Below, piece after piece: positions 35,902 to 44,621 of a stretch of DNA of 55,637 bases. Both the position numbers and the translations under genes were made by a program. Location: assembly GCA_026397175.1 (NCBI GenBank), contig JAPLVK010000023.1:1-55637 (forward strand). The letters run 5' to 3'. The notes under the pieces are model-generated. The model did no database searches and was not told the DNA's origin. It was given only the letters and a program-made list of their open reading frames with translations. Every line of letters starts with the position of its first letter. Within the stretch, counting starts at the first letter, position 1. The DNA is from Candidatus Berkelbacteria bacterium (GTDB lineage: Bacteria > Patescibacteriota > UBA1384 > DTJR01).

Positions 35902-36518
35902 TGACAAAAAAAGAAGAAGATAAAGAATTTTATCGCGATCTAGACAAGTCGAAAAAACCAAAAAGTTCTTGCAGTCCGTTGAGCTTCATTATTTTGATGG
36001 TATTGGTTTTGATTTTAGCCGAGGTTTTGCTTTTTGCTTTTTCTAAATCCATCAAAAATTCTGCAATTCCACAAGACGCAACCACACTTTCGCAAAGATC
36101 GGACTTGGGGTTTGTTAAAATCCCCACGGTAGAAAATTCAGATCGGGGATTTCAGGTAGTGATTTCGGAGGGGGTTTTGTGCTCCAAAATCGCATTGTCT
36201 CAAAATCATCCGGCATCAGATTATTCCTGCAAAATTTCTCAAGACGGAATCGAAATTTCTGGGAAAATCGTCTCATTTTTGCCACGCAACACGAAAGTAA
36301 CGATCGTCCCAAAAGTGCAAAACGATCAGCTTAAACTCGACATCACCAAAGCGCAGATCGGTTCAATTACAATTTTAAAATTTCTGACTTCCTCTATATC
36401 GGGGGTGTTAAATGATGCCCTGCTTAAGGATGTTCCCGAACTTAAATCGGCGAAAGTGACGAGAGTTAATATGGAGGAGGGAATTATGATAGTATGGGCA
36501 GAAAAAGTAAGTTCGTAA
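35898..36518 (+). CDS. Membrane-anchored hypothetical protein
   Basis: 206 aa with one N-terminal TM segment. ATGA overlap with the murJ stop. Confidence 0.65.
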   Translation: MMTKKEEDKEFYRDLDKSKKPKSSCSPLSFIILMVLVLILAEVLLFAFSKSIKNSAIPQDATTLSQRSDLGFVKIPTVENSDRGFQVVISEGVLCSKIALSQNHPASDYSCKISQDGIEISGKIVSFLPRNTKVTIVPKVQNDQLKLDITKAQIGSITILKFLTSSISGVLNDALLKDVPELKSAKVTRVNMEEGIMIVWAEKVSS

Positions 36519-36606
36519 AGTAAAAAGTTCATAAAGTTCATAAAGTAAGTGCATAGCATTTTTATCTACTTTATAAACTTTACAAACCTTATGAACTTTA
36601 TAACTT
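36509..36606. repeat. Family B AT-rich palindrome
   Basis: agttcgtaaagtaaaaagttcataaagttcataaagtaag pairs with ctactttataaactttacaaaccttatgaactttataact. Confidence 0.8.
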
Positions 36607-36612
36607 AAATAT

Positions 36613-36795
36613 ATGAATATTCGCAATTTCTGTATTATCTCCCATATAGATCACCCCACACCGTTCCTTACTGTGAAACCTGCCCGCAGATGCTACGCAT
36701 CAGGCGTTGCAGGCGGGCGGATTACATCCTGTTATCACAGTGCGTCAGGTTGCGGGGCGGGACTCATACAACTAATGTTTGTGGAGATCTTGTGA
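36613..36795 (+). other. Duplicated lepA 5' end (42 nt) fused to a 137-nt GC-rich insert. Forms a 60-codon uORF whose TGA overlaps the lepA GTG.
   Basis: 36613-36654 encodes MNIRNFCIISHIDH, the same peptide as 36792-36833, with 6 substitutions that are all synonymous. GTGA start/stop overlap at 36792-36795. Confidence 0.8.
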
Positions 36796-38666
36796 ACATT
36801 AGAAACTTCTGTATTATCTCCCATATAGATCATGGCAAGTCGACGCTGGCCGATCGGCTTTTGGAGATCACGGAAACGGTTGAAAAGAGAAAAATGCAGG
36901 ATCAGATTTTAGACAACATGGAATTAGAGCGCGAACGCGGGATCACAATTAAATTACAACCGGTGCGCATGCTGTGGAAGCCAAAACAAACGGAAATATC
37001 AAATCCCAAATCTCAAGCTCCAAATAAATCTCAAATCCCAAATTTTGAAAATTGTGACATTGAAAATTCATTGTCCCGCGAAGCGGGATCGGCTTCTGGC
37101 CGAAAAATTGAAAATTGTAAAATTGAAAATTTAGATTCAGTTCAGTACGAACTGAATCTAATAGATACTCCCGGACATGTAGATTTTACTTACGAGGTTT
37201 CAAGATCGCTGGCAGCTGTCGAGGGCGCGATTTTGCTGGTTGACGCAACCCAAGGGGTTCAGGCGCAGACGCTGGCCAATCTGGAATTAGCCAAAAAAGC
37301 CGGCCTGGTGATAATTCCGGCGATTAATAAAATTGATTTACCCGAAGCCCGCCCCGAAGAAGTTGCCTTTGAAATCGCCGATATTTTAAATTGCGATTTA
37401 GACGACATTTTATTTATTTCGGCTAAAACGGGAGAAGGTGTCGAGAAATTAATCGAAAATATTATCGAGAAAATTCCGCCGCCAAAGGTCAATTCATCCA
37501 AATTTGCCCGAGCGCTTGTGTTTGATTCTTTTTATGATGATTATCGGGGTATTGTGGTTTTCGTCAGAGTCATGGATCAAGAGTTTAAAAAAGGCGACGA
37601 AATTACTCTTGTCAGACAAAAGAAAACGACTCAAATCAGCGATTTGGGCCGAATTGAGCTCTCCTTAAAGAGCGACGAAAAACTTGAAGCGGGAGAAATC
37701 GGTTATTTTGTAACGACATTTAAAGAGGTCGCGGAGGCGAGGGTCGGCGAGACCGTGGCTTTAAAAAGCGAAGCAAGCGAAGTTGAACTTTTAGAGGGCT
37801 ACAAAGAGCCGCGGCCGATGGTTTATGCCGAAATGTATACAAACTCCGGCGATGACTACGCTCGGCTGCGCGACGCGCTTTCCAAATTAAAGCTGTCCGA
37901 TTCTTCGATTACTTACGAGCCGACATCATCTCAAGCGTTCGGGTTTGGTTTTCGGCTGGGATTTTTGGGGCTACTCCATTTGGAAATTGTTAAAGAACGG
38001 CTCGAACGCGAGTATGATCTGGAGTTAATTATCACCACGCCGACGGTAGATTTTCAAAAAAACGCGCAAGGGGAATTTGAGGAGCCGTGGGTTAAAATTG
38101 AAATCATCACGCCGAAGGATTATTTGGGGTCGGTGATTTCACTACTTCAGGAAAGGCGCGGTGAGCAGGTTGATATTAAACATTTGGAAGAAAAAGTGCT
38201 GATTCATTACGAAATTCCGCTGTCTGAAATTATCGTTGATTTTTACGACAAAATTAAATCGGTTACTCGCGGTTATGGCTCTCTAAATTACGAGCTGATC
38301 GGTTGGCGCAAATCGGACTTGGTCAAACTTGATATTATGATCGCCGGCGAAGCTATAGATGCATTTTCGAGGATGGTTTATCGCGGATTTGTCGAAAGAG
38401 TTGCCAGACAAGCGGTCGAAAAGTTAAAGGAATTTGTGCCCAGACAAAATTTTGAAGTTAAAATCCAGGCGGCTGTGGGAGGAAAAATTTTAGCAAGCGA
38501 GCGGATTTCGCCGTTTAGAAAAGATGTAACCGAAAAACTCTATGGCGGTGATGTCACCAGAAAAAGAAAATTGCTCGAAAAACAGAAAAAAGGCAAAAAA
38601 AAGATGGCAACCGTTGGGAGAGTAGAACTTCCAACGGATGTTTTTGTGAAATTGTTGAAATACTGA
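36792..38666 (+). CDS. lepA: Elongation factor 4 (LepA)
   Basis: NIRNFCIISHIDHGKSTLADR, DTPGHVDF, NKID, and the LepA C-terminal domain. GTG start with GGAG 6 nt upstream. The upstream ATG at 36690 lies in the GC-rich insert. Confidence 0.93.
   Translation: MNIRNFCIISHIDHGKSTLADRLLEITETVEKRKMQDQILDNMELERERGITIKLQPVRMLWKPKQTEISNPKSQAPNKSQIPNFENCDIENSLSREAGSASGRKIENCKIENLDSVQYELNLIDTPGHVDFTYEVSRSLAAVEGAILLVDATQGVQAQTLANLELAKKAGLVIIPAINKIDLPEARPEEVAFEIADILNCDLDDILFISAKTGEGVEKLIENIIEKIPPPKVNSSKFARALVFDSFYDDYRGIVVFVRVMDQEFKKGDEITLVRQKKTTQISDLGRIELSLKSDEKLEAGEIGYFVTTFKEVAEARVGETVALKSEASEVELLEGYKEPRPMVYAEMYTNSGDDYARLRDALSKLKLSDSSITYEPTSSQAFGFGFRLGFLGLLHLEIVKERLEREYDLELIITTPTVDFQKNAQGEFEEPWVKIEIITPKDYLGSVISLLQERRGEQVDIKHLEEKVLIHYEIPLSEIIVDFYDKIKSVTRGYGSLNYELIGWRKSDLVKLDIMIAGEAIDAFSRMVYRGFVERVARQAVEKLKEFVPRQNFEVKIQAAVGGKILASERISPFRKDVTEKLYGGDVTRKRKLLEKQKKGKKKMATVGRVELPTDVFVKLLKY
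36991..37131 (+). repeat. Family D repeat element with a GC hairpin core, inserted in frame in the lepA G-domain
   Basis: Encodes ...NPKSQAPNKSQIPNFENCDIENSLSREAGSASGRKIENCKIENL.... The DNA has the same arm/core architecture as 4951-5044. Confidence 0.75.
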
Positions 38667-38674
38667 AAACAAGA

Positions 38675-38752
38675 CCGAATTACGAATAACGAATTATGAA
38701 TTATGAATTAATACTTATCCATTCATCATTCAAAATTCATAATTCAAGATTC
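38675..38752. repeat. Family A AT-rich palindrome
   Basis: cgaattacgaataacgaattatgaattatgaatt ... attcatcattcaaaattcataattcaagattc. Confidence 0.85.
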
Positions 38753-38816
38753 TATCTTCAATGAGGGCTTGATGGCCCCGCTTTTTAGGGCGGGGCCATG
38801 TGTGGTTGGGGAGCGG

Positions 38817-39212
38817 CTAAGGCAGGTGCTGTTTGCACCAATCGTGGGCCGCTCGGATGACATCGTACCAAGGAGAGTCGTGTGGTACTTCGTAGGCGAT
38901 ACCACCATCGAAGTAGAAGAGGCGGCGATCGCCGTGGAGTATGAGCTCGGCGGTTTTGTTGACGATCACACTCTCGAGCAACTCGCGAATCGTGATCGTC
39001 TTCGGTTCGGCGTGAGGGAGGGTGATGCTGGGGCCTCGCTTTGCGTTTATACCCAGAAGCACGCAAAGGTCGAGCGGGAAGATCTCGCAATGCGGCGCGC
39101 GTCCCAGGGTTTTCTCGAGTCCCTTTTCCCCGCCAAACTCGCCTTTGAGCCACTCGCCAAGCTGCCTCGCCGTTGAAATTACCGGCTTCGTCTTGATCTG
39201 ATCGAGGGCCAT
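38817..39212 (-). CDS. Hypothetical protein (single-gene GC-rich island)
   Basis: 131 aa. AAAGGAGGG lies 7 nt before the ATG. Has its own consensus promoter. Confidence 0.7.
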   Translation of the reverse strand: MALDQIKTKPVISTARQLGEWLKGEFGGEKGLEKTLGRAPHCEIFPLDLCVLLGINAKRGPSITLPHAEPKTITIRELLESVIVNKTAELILHGDRRLFYFDGGIAYEVPHDSPWYDVIRAAHDWCKQHLP

Positions 39213-39254
39213 TTCGCACCCTCCTTTCTTAAGATGTCAAACAAAACTATCGTC

Positions 39255-39283
39255 ATTGTAGGGTCTTATTTTCAGCTTGTCAA
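39255..39283 (-). promoter_or_regulatory. Promoter TTGACA-17 nt-TACAAT
   Basis: Minus-strand -35 at 39283-39278 and -10 at 39260-39255. Confidence 0.65.
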
Positions 39284-39357
39284 ATTTTATTTTCTGGCCA
39301 TCGTTTTGTTCTTATGATTCCATTTTGCTAATCTTGTGCGGGTATCGTGCTATGATT

Positions 39358-39436
39358 GTGAATTATGAATCTTGAATTACGAATTATGATTTATTTGATT
39401 TTATTCATAATTCATTATTCGTAATTCATAATTCGA
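39358..39436. repeat. Family A AT-rich palindrome
   Basis: gtgaattatgaatcttgaattacgaattatgat ... attcataattcattattcgtaattcataattcg. Confidence 0.85.
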
Positions 39437-39451
39437 TGCTATGATTAAATC

Positions 39452-39988
39452 ATGCTCTTTCTAATTTTTCTCGATTTTATCTGGTCTGTCTCGGCTTTTA
39501 TCTACGATTGGTCGAAATTTGCCACAATTCCGTGGTTTGTTCTGCCGTTTGTTGTTATTTGCCCGATTTATCCTTTGCTTTTGGCAATCGTGTGGATTAA
39601 AATTTTCAAGAAAAAAAATCCAAATCAATATCTGTTTACCTTCGCCACAATTCCAAGCATGATTTTTGGGTTGTTGGCCCTGATTTATTATCCGGTTGCG
39701 ATGTTTTATCAGGGATTTTCTTTAAATGCCTTTGGCCAGATTTTTTGGGTTTTGTTTTATTCTATCCAGGCCTGGTATCTTTTTTTCAAATATAAAACAT
39801 CAACCCTGCCGATTATTTTAGTGCTTTTTTATCTTTCGATTAAATTTTTTATTGATTATAAATATCTGACCTTCGGCTATCTTGATTTTTCAAATATTCC
39901 GCGAGTTCTAATTTTATATTTTACGATTATCGCTGTATCGGTTGCTTTTTGTCTTGGTACTCTTGCAATTTTTAGGAGAAAAAGCTAG
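39452..39988 (+). CDS. Polytopic membrane protein (DUF1405-like)
   Basis: 178 aa with about 5 TM segments. The family assignment is from memory of the motif pattern only. Confidence 0.65.
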   Translation: MLFLIFLDFIWSVSAFIYDWSKFATIPWFVLPFVVICPIYPLLLAIVWIKIFKKKNPNQYLFTFATIPSMIFGLLALIYYPVAMFYQGFSLNAFGQIFWVLFYSIQAWYLFFKYKTSTLPIILVLFYLSIKFFIDYKYLTFGYLDFSNIPRVLILYFTIIAVSVAFCLGTLAIFRRKS

Positions 39989-40031
39989 AATTCGATCAGT
40001 ATTGTACATTATGTTCAGGAGATGATGCCTC

Positions 40032-40388
40032 GTGGCACTAAAACTGTCTTTCGAAGAACTCTGCAAGATGGGTCTTGTGGGGCGCAAAGTCGTGTGCCGG
40101 ATTGGGCGACGGGAGTATCGCTTCTGGGTAGGCGATCAAAGGGTTTCGAAACGGGTAGGGCTCGTGCTAGAGTGCGACCCGAGGCGGAAAACACCCGAGG
40201 CAGACCGCCGGGTTGGCAAAAGACGGTTTCGGCTGCTAGAGCCGCACAAGCGTCACGGCGCCTTCTTTGTCCATGGCGACTTCGTGATTGAGCGTCGGGG
40301 CAATCTGATTGTCTGCGTTCCTCCTGCGAGGAAGAGGGGGAGCCGGAAGAAGGCACGCCATGTCGTCGTCATCGTCCTTCGGGATTAG
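40032..40388 (+). CDS. Small basic hypothetical protein (GC-rich island)
   Basis: GTG start 10 nt after AGGAG. It is the only protein-like frame. Followed by the terminator at 40412-40464. Confidence 0.45.
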   Translation: MALKLSFEELCKMGLVGRKVVCRIGRREYRFWVGDQRVSKRVGLVLECDPRRKTPEADRRVGKRRFRLLEPHKRHGAFFVHGDFVIERRGNLIVCVPPARKRGSRKKARHVVVIVLRD

Positions 40389-40411
40389 TCCGGGGGACAT
40401 CTCTTTCATAG

Positions 40412-40464
40412 GCCGCGTTTCCAAGCTCACACATTGTGAAATTGGGACGCGGCTCTTTCTTTTT
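40412..40464 (+). terminator. Intrinsic terminator
   Basis: GCCGCGT-28 nt-ACGCGGC, followed by TCTTTCTTTTT. Confidence 0.55.
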
Positions 40465-40470
40465 AAAAAT

Positions 40471-40848
40471 TTAGTTTTGCTCGCTAACGCGTGGTGCCAA
40501 GCGGATGATTACCTTAAACTTTCGCTGCTCGCCGTTAGCATCTTTGATTTCGTCGGTCTGATTTTTGGCATAATATTCCATCAACTCTACGGACAAAATT
40601 TCTCTTAAAGTATTTATTTCGTCTAAATTTGCTTTGATGTCCTCGACTAATTTCTGATTGCCCTCTTCGGACAAAAGTTCATCTTTGAGCCGTTTTTTTC
40701 TTTTGTTCAGCTCTTTGGATTGCTGCGCAACTTTTTGATATTCCAAATCGTTCTCCAAAACCGACTTAATCATTTCTTTTGATTTGCGGTTTTCTTCTTC
40801 TAAGTCCTCGACAATTTTAATTCTTTCTCTAACCACCGATAAATCCAT
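40471..40848 (-). CDS. Coiled-coil hypothetical protein
   Basis: 125 aa, Lys/Glu-rich with a heptad-like pattern. Confidence 0.6.
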   Translation of the reverse strand: MDLSVVRERIKIVEDLEEENRKSKEMIKSVLENDLEYQKVAQQSKELNKRKKRLKDELLSEEGNQKLVEDIKANLDEINTLREILSVELMEYYAKNQTDEIKDANGEQRKFKVIIRLAPRVSEQN

Positions 40849-40940
40849 AAGACCTCCGTTTAATAAATCTAAAATTATAAATTCTAAGGCAGGAAAATTA
40901 TATCAATAAATTTATGCAAAAGAAAAAAAGAGATTTTTCT

Positions 40941-40983
40941 AATAATTGCCAAATTGTTCAATTGCCTAATTGTTTAATTAATG
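40941..40983. repeat. Family C AT-rich word repeat
   Basis: aataattgccaaattgttcaattgcctaattgtttaattaatg. Confidence 0.75.
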
Positions 40984-40986
40984 ATA

Positions 40987-41014
40987 TTGACTTCTTCTGT
41001 TATTCTGCTACACT
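40987..41014 (+). promoter_or_regulatory. Promoter TTGACT-16 nt-TACACT
   Basis: Read directly from the sequence. Confidence 0.55.
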
Positions 41015-41071
41015 CAAGGGCCAAGAATTGAAGGAAAATTCTTGAGAACATTTCTAGAAAGGGCAAAAACG

Positions 41072-41437
41072 ATGCCCAAGGTACTGATTGTCGAGGATCA
41101 TGACGAGGTTGCCAGGACGGTTGGGGTGGTTATCGAGGGATTCAACGGGTGGTCGGTCGAGCGGGAAATTGATGTCGCGAAAGCGATTGAGCGGCTCCGC
41201 TCGGGCGAGTTCGACTGCGTTCTTGCCAACATGGGGAAGAGAAACCCCATGAACGGCAACGCCGCGACCATCCTGAAGGCGCAAACCGGCGTCCCGGTGA
41301 TCGTAATCACGGGCGGACTCCGGAAGAGCTTGGATGCGCTCGCCCCGCTTAAACCGGCCGTTATTTTGCAGAAGCCCTTCGACAAGAGCACGCTTTTCCT
41401 CGCTCTGGTGGCGGCCTGCCCCGCCGACAAGCTGTAG
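41072..41437 (+). CDS. Stand-alone receiver-domain protein lacking the phospho-acceptor Asp (pseudo-receiver)
   Basis: KVLIVEDHD, then CVLANMG where CheY has vISDwnMP (Asn in place of Asp57), then VIVITGG and ILQKPF. Confidence 0.7.
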   Translation: MPKVLIVEDHDEVARTVGVVIEGFNGWSVEREIDVAKAIERLRSGEFDCVLANMGKRNPMNGNAATILKAQTGVPVIVITGGLRKSLDALAPLKPAVILQKPFDKSTLFLALVAACPADKL

Positions 41438-41461
41438 CTCGACTGCTCCCGTCCCAAATCT

Positions 41462-41503
41462 AAGGCACTTTGGAGACCTCAATCCAAAGTGCCTTTTGCT
41501 TTT
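41462..41503 (+). terminator. Strong intrinsic terminator
   Basis: AAGGCACTTTGGA-8 nt-TCCAAAGTGCCTT, followed by TTGCTTTT. Confidence 0.8.
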
Positions 41504-41514
41504 AATTTAGCAAC

Positions 41515-42060
41515 TTAGACCTTGTAAAAATAAACTTTTGTAATTCTTTTGCAATTTTGCAAGGGTTTTGAAAGATACGGTTTATGGTTTTTAAATTGAA
41601 ACCCGAGAGAACAAATAATCGTCCCTGGCCTTGCCGCAGAAAAAACCATTGGCTCAATTTCTCTTAAAATCTTATCAAAAAGATAGAGATAGATAATATC
41701 GGCCTTTTTGATCTCATTTTTCGCTTTTCTAGCATCGCCAAAATAAATCTTTACATTTTTGGTATGGCCAGAAAATAAAACATTTAACTTGGATTTAAGA
41801 TAGGCGAAAGGGGAGACCTCGAACCCAATCCCTTGTGCGCCATAATTTTTAGCGGCAATTATCAAACTTCTGGCATCCCCGCATCCTAAATCCAAAACAA
41901 TTTGTTCTTTTTTAATTTTGGCCAACTTAAATATCTCGCCGATCAATCTCGAGTCAGCATAAACGGCCGGCGCGCCGCAGGCCAACGCAATTATGCCGGA
42001 AATACTCCAAACAAAAACAAAAAGAGCGAGTAACAAAAAGGAGACATCTAAATAGATCAT
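41515..42060 (-). CDS. Class I SAM-dependent methyltransferase with an N-terminal TM segment
   Basis: VLDLGCGDARSLIIAA...GIGFEVSP (motif I / post-I). Confidence 0.75.
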   Translation of the reverse strand: MIYLDVSFLLLALFVFVWSISGIIALACGAPAVYADSRLIGEIFKLAKIKKEQIVLDLGCGDARSLIIAAKNYGAQGIGFEVSPFAYLKSKLNVLFSGHTKNVKIYFGDARKAKNEIKKADIIYLYLFDKILREIEPMVFSAARPGTIICSLGFQFKNHKPYLSKPLQNCKRITKVYFYKV

Positions 42061-42668
42061 TCTTGGGAGCGTGGACTTGAACTTGAATCGTGATCCTGAT
42101 AGTCATGCGGCAAATTGAGTGCCGTTTCTTCTTTATCTTCTTTGACTAACTTAATAACTTTTTCGATCAATGTTTTAGGATCATCGTCATAAACTATTTT
42201 TGGATTTGGCCGATTGCATTCGGCGACGATTTCCTTAATTTCATCAGCGATCCCGCCTGTTCCCGTTAAAATCCCGATCGGTTTGTGATCCTCAAAAGCG
42301 ATTGTAAATTCGTTGAGAGTTCCGATCCGCCCGCAGACGGTGATAATAGCATCGGAGCTTCGTGTCAAAAGAAGATTTCGGCCCGAATAGCCAAAACCGG
42401 TATAAGTAATAATGTCAAATTGGTCAATCGGCAGCTTATATTTTTTGACATGTTCTAGCTCGGTGGCGGCGGGCGATATACCGATCGAGAAGCCCTTTTC
42501 TTTCTTACACCCTACCGCTGCCCAGTAGGGTACGCCGATTGTGGCGCCCGTTACAACGACGCCGTTTTGACGCACGATTTCACGGCCTAATTCTTCGGTT
42601 TTTTCTTTGGCGTCCGGCGCGCAATCACCGGTTTCTGCTGCCCCCGAAACACAAATCTTATACTTCAT
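42057..42668 (-). CDS. LOG/TIGR00725-like Rossmann-fold protein
   Basis: KICVSGAA...VVVTGATIGVP...AIITVCGRIGTLNEF. ATG at 42668 with an AAAGG SD. Confidence 0.65.
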   Translation of the reverse strand: MKYKICVSGAAETGDCAPDAKEKTEELGREIVRQNGVVVTGATIGVPYWAAVGCKKEKGFSIGISPAATELEHVKKYKLPIDQFDIITYTGFGYSGRNLLLTRSSDAIITVCGRIGTLNEFTIAFEDHKPIGILTGTGGIADEIKEIVAECNRPNPKIVYDDDPKTLIEKVIKLVKEDKEETALNLPHDYQDHDSSSSPRSQE

Positions 42669-42742
42669 GATTGCCTTTCTATAAAATTTACTTTGTATTT
42701 TAAATTTGGTAATTGTCTTTGAATCTTGTGTCAACAAACAGT

Positions 42743-42822
42743 GAATTACGAATTTAGAATTACGAATTATGAATGGACTTCAATATTTTAATTATCATTC
42801 TTAATTCTTAATTCATGATTCG
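42743..42822. repeat. Family A AT-rich palindrome
   Basis: gaattacgaatttagaattacgaattatgaatgg ... attcttaattcttaattcatgattcg. Confidence 0.8.
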
Positions 42823-42833
42823 GTTTTCAGAAA

Positions 42834-44192
42834 CTATATCTCCACCTCTTCCCCTTCTTTCGGAATCACCGTTTCTACTCCTTGTTCATCTTTTATCATA
42901 CTCGATAAAACCCGTTTTGATTTATCCTCACCGTGGACAATAAAACATTTTTTGACGCCTTGAATTTTAGAAAGCCAGTATTTTAGCTTCGGCTGATCGG
43001 CGTGAGCGGAATAAGCATCAATAATTTCGACTCTTGCCGCCACCGGCACTTGCTCGCCTTTAATTCTAACCGAGTGTGTCCCATCTTTTAGCATCCGTCC
43101 CATTGTTCCGGTAACTTGATAACCGATAATCAATAGCACCGTGCTAGAAACCGGCAAAAATCTTCTTTCGTGAAAAACGATTCGTCCGCCGTTTGACATT
43201 CCGGAGCCGGCGATGATGATTTTAGACGAAGCATCTTGATCGAGCTGACGCGATTCGTTTGCATCGGGAGTAAATTTTAATCCGGGAAAATTGAAAAGAT
43301 CATCCCCGCTTTTGATCTGACTTTCCGCCTCCGTGTCAAAGTCCTCGGGAAATTTTTTATAAATCTCGGTCGCTTTTATCGCTAAAGGCGAGTCAATAAA
43401 AACCGGAATTTGCGGAATTTTTTTACTTTCAAAAAGTGAGTTGAGCTCGTACAAAATTTCCTGCGTTCTCTCGAGCGCAAAAGACGGCATCAACAAGACC
43501 CCGTTTTGTTTGACGACATCTTCGATAATTTGCGCAAGGCGGATTTTGCGCTGATCTGACGGCTCGTGGATTCGGTCGCCGTAGGTTGATTCCATCACAA
43601 CGAAATCGGCTTTTTCGATAAAATCCGTGTCGCGCAAAACGGGAACCGGCGGATTGCCCAGATCGCCGGAGAAAATAATCGTTTTGCCCTCAGCTTCGAT
43701 TTCGATAATTGCAGAGCCCAAAATATGCCCGGCGTCGTAAAACTTTATCTCGATGCCCTCGGCCGGCTGAAACACTTCATAATAATCGTGTGGCTCAAAC
43801 AAATTGACGGCAGATAAAACATCACTTTGCTCAAACAACGGCTCTTGGCCCAAATCATCAGCCGTGTTTTTCATCAACTTGCAGGTGTCTTCTAAAAAAA
43901 TCTGCGCAAAACCGGCCGTCGGCTTGGTCGAGTAGATCTTGCCGTGAAAGTCCTGTTTGCACAAAAGTGGAAAGCGGCCGATATGATCAATGTGCGAATG
44001 AGTGGCGATTGCAAAATCAATTTCTTGGGGATTATACGGCAGCTTGTTCCAGTTTTTAATTTCCGTTTCGCGAGGGCCCTGAAACAGCCCGCAATCAACC
44101 ACAAATTTAACCGTTTTTCCAGCCGAGTTTACCTCGACCAAAAAATTCGATCCTGTTACTTCCTCCGTCGCGCCGCAAAAAGAAATACGCAT
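42834..44192 (-). CDS. MBL-fold beta-CASP RNA-metabolising hydrolase
   Basis: THSHIDHIGRFP (HxHxDH), ...AGHILGSA..., ESTYGDR and AYSAHADQ. Confidence 0.8.
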   Translation of the reverse strand: MRISFCGATEEVTGSNFLVEVNSAGKTVKFVVDCGLFQGPRETEIKNWNKLPYNPQEIDFAIATHSHIDHIGRFPLLCKQDFHGKIYSTKPTAGFAQIFLEDTCKLMKNTADDLGQEPLFEQSDVLSAVNLFEPHDYYEVFQPAEGIEIKFYDAGHILGSAIIEIEAEGKTIIFSGDLGNPPVPVLRDTDFIEKADFVVMESTYGDRIHEPSDQRKIRLAQIIEDVVKQNGVLLMPSFALERTQEILYELNSLFESKKIPQIPVFIDSPLAIKATEIYKKFPEDFDTEAESQIKSGDDLFNFPGLKFTPDANESRQLDQDASSKIIIAGSGMSNGGRIVFHERRFLPVSSTVLLIIGYQVTGTMGRMLKDGTHSVRIKGEQVPVAARVEIIDAYSAHADQPKLKYWLSKIQGVKKCFIVHGEDKSKRVLSSMIKDEQGVETVIPKEGEEVEI

Positions 44193-44240
44193 TAAATGCT
44201 CCTTAAATACTTATCAATATTTATCAATTTTCAATATTTA

Positions 44241-44621
44241 TCATTTAATTTTAGAATTTTCATTTAAAGAGGTTACGATTTTTTGAAAAATTAGATTTAA
44301 TTCGTGCGCCTCTTGCCATAGTATATCAACTTTTTCTATGTTTACTGTTGATTTAATTACTTTCAGCCAATATTTAGTTTCCTGACTCTCTTTTTTGCAG
44401 ATATAAATCTTGTTTCTAAAGTCCTTTTTGGAACAGGAATTGTTTGCTTCTACATAATTTGCACCAATACTCGAAGCAGATCGAATAAGCTGTATAAGCA
44501 TTGGGTAAAGCATCCTATCTTTCTCGTATAATTTACAAAAAACTAACACATTTTTAGAAAAATTAATCGTTCTTTCTTCTAGATCGAAAGTTTTTTTCAT
44601 TTTGTTTGATAATTGATTCAT
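44241..44621 (-). CDS. Four-helix-bundle protein (23S rRNA intervening-sequence protein / Avd-like family)
   Basis: FDLEERTINFSKNV...LIRSASSIGANYVEANN..SKKDF.NK..ICKKESQETKYWL. Confidence 0.75.
   Translation of the reverse strand: MNQLSNKMKKTFDLEERTINFSKNVLVFCKLYEKDRMLYPMLIQLIRSASSIGANYVEANNSCSKKDFRNKIYICKKESQETKYWLKVIKSTVNIEKVDILWQEAHELNLIFQKIVTSLNENSKIK

Noticed and set aside
36690-36791. Upstream ATG start for lepA, as given by the ORF track (MLRIRRCRRADY...).
   Set aside because: These codons lie in the GC-rich insert and are Arg/Cys-rich non-protein-like sequence. The conserved LepA N-terminus begins at the GTG at 36792, which has a GGAG SD.
38769-39219. ORFs 38769-39176(+) and 38785-39219(-), which overlap the 131-aa gene.
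   Set aside because: Only the 38817-39212(-) frame has a strong SD, a matching promoter and a balanced composition.
44241-44621. Diversity-generating retroelement, suggested by the Avd-like four-helix-bundle gene.
   Set aside because: I could find no reverse transcriptase ORF and no template/variable repeat pair in the window.
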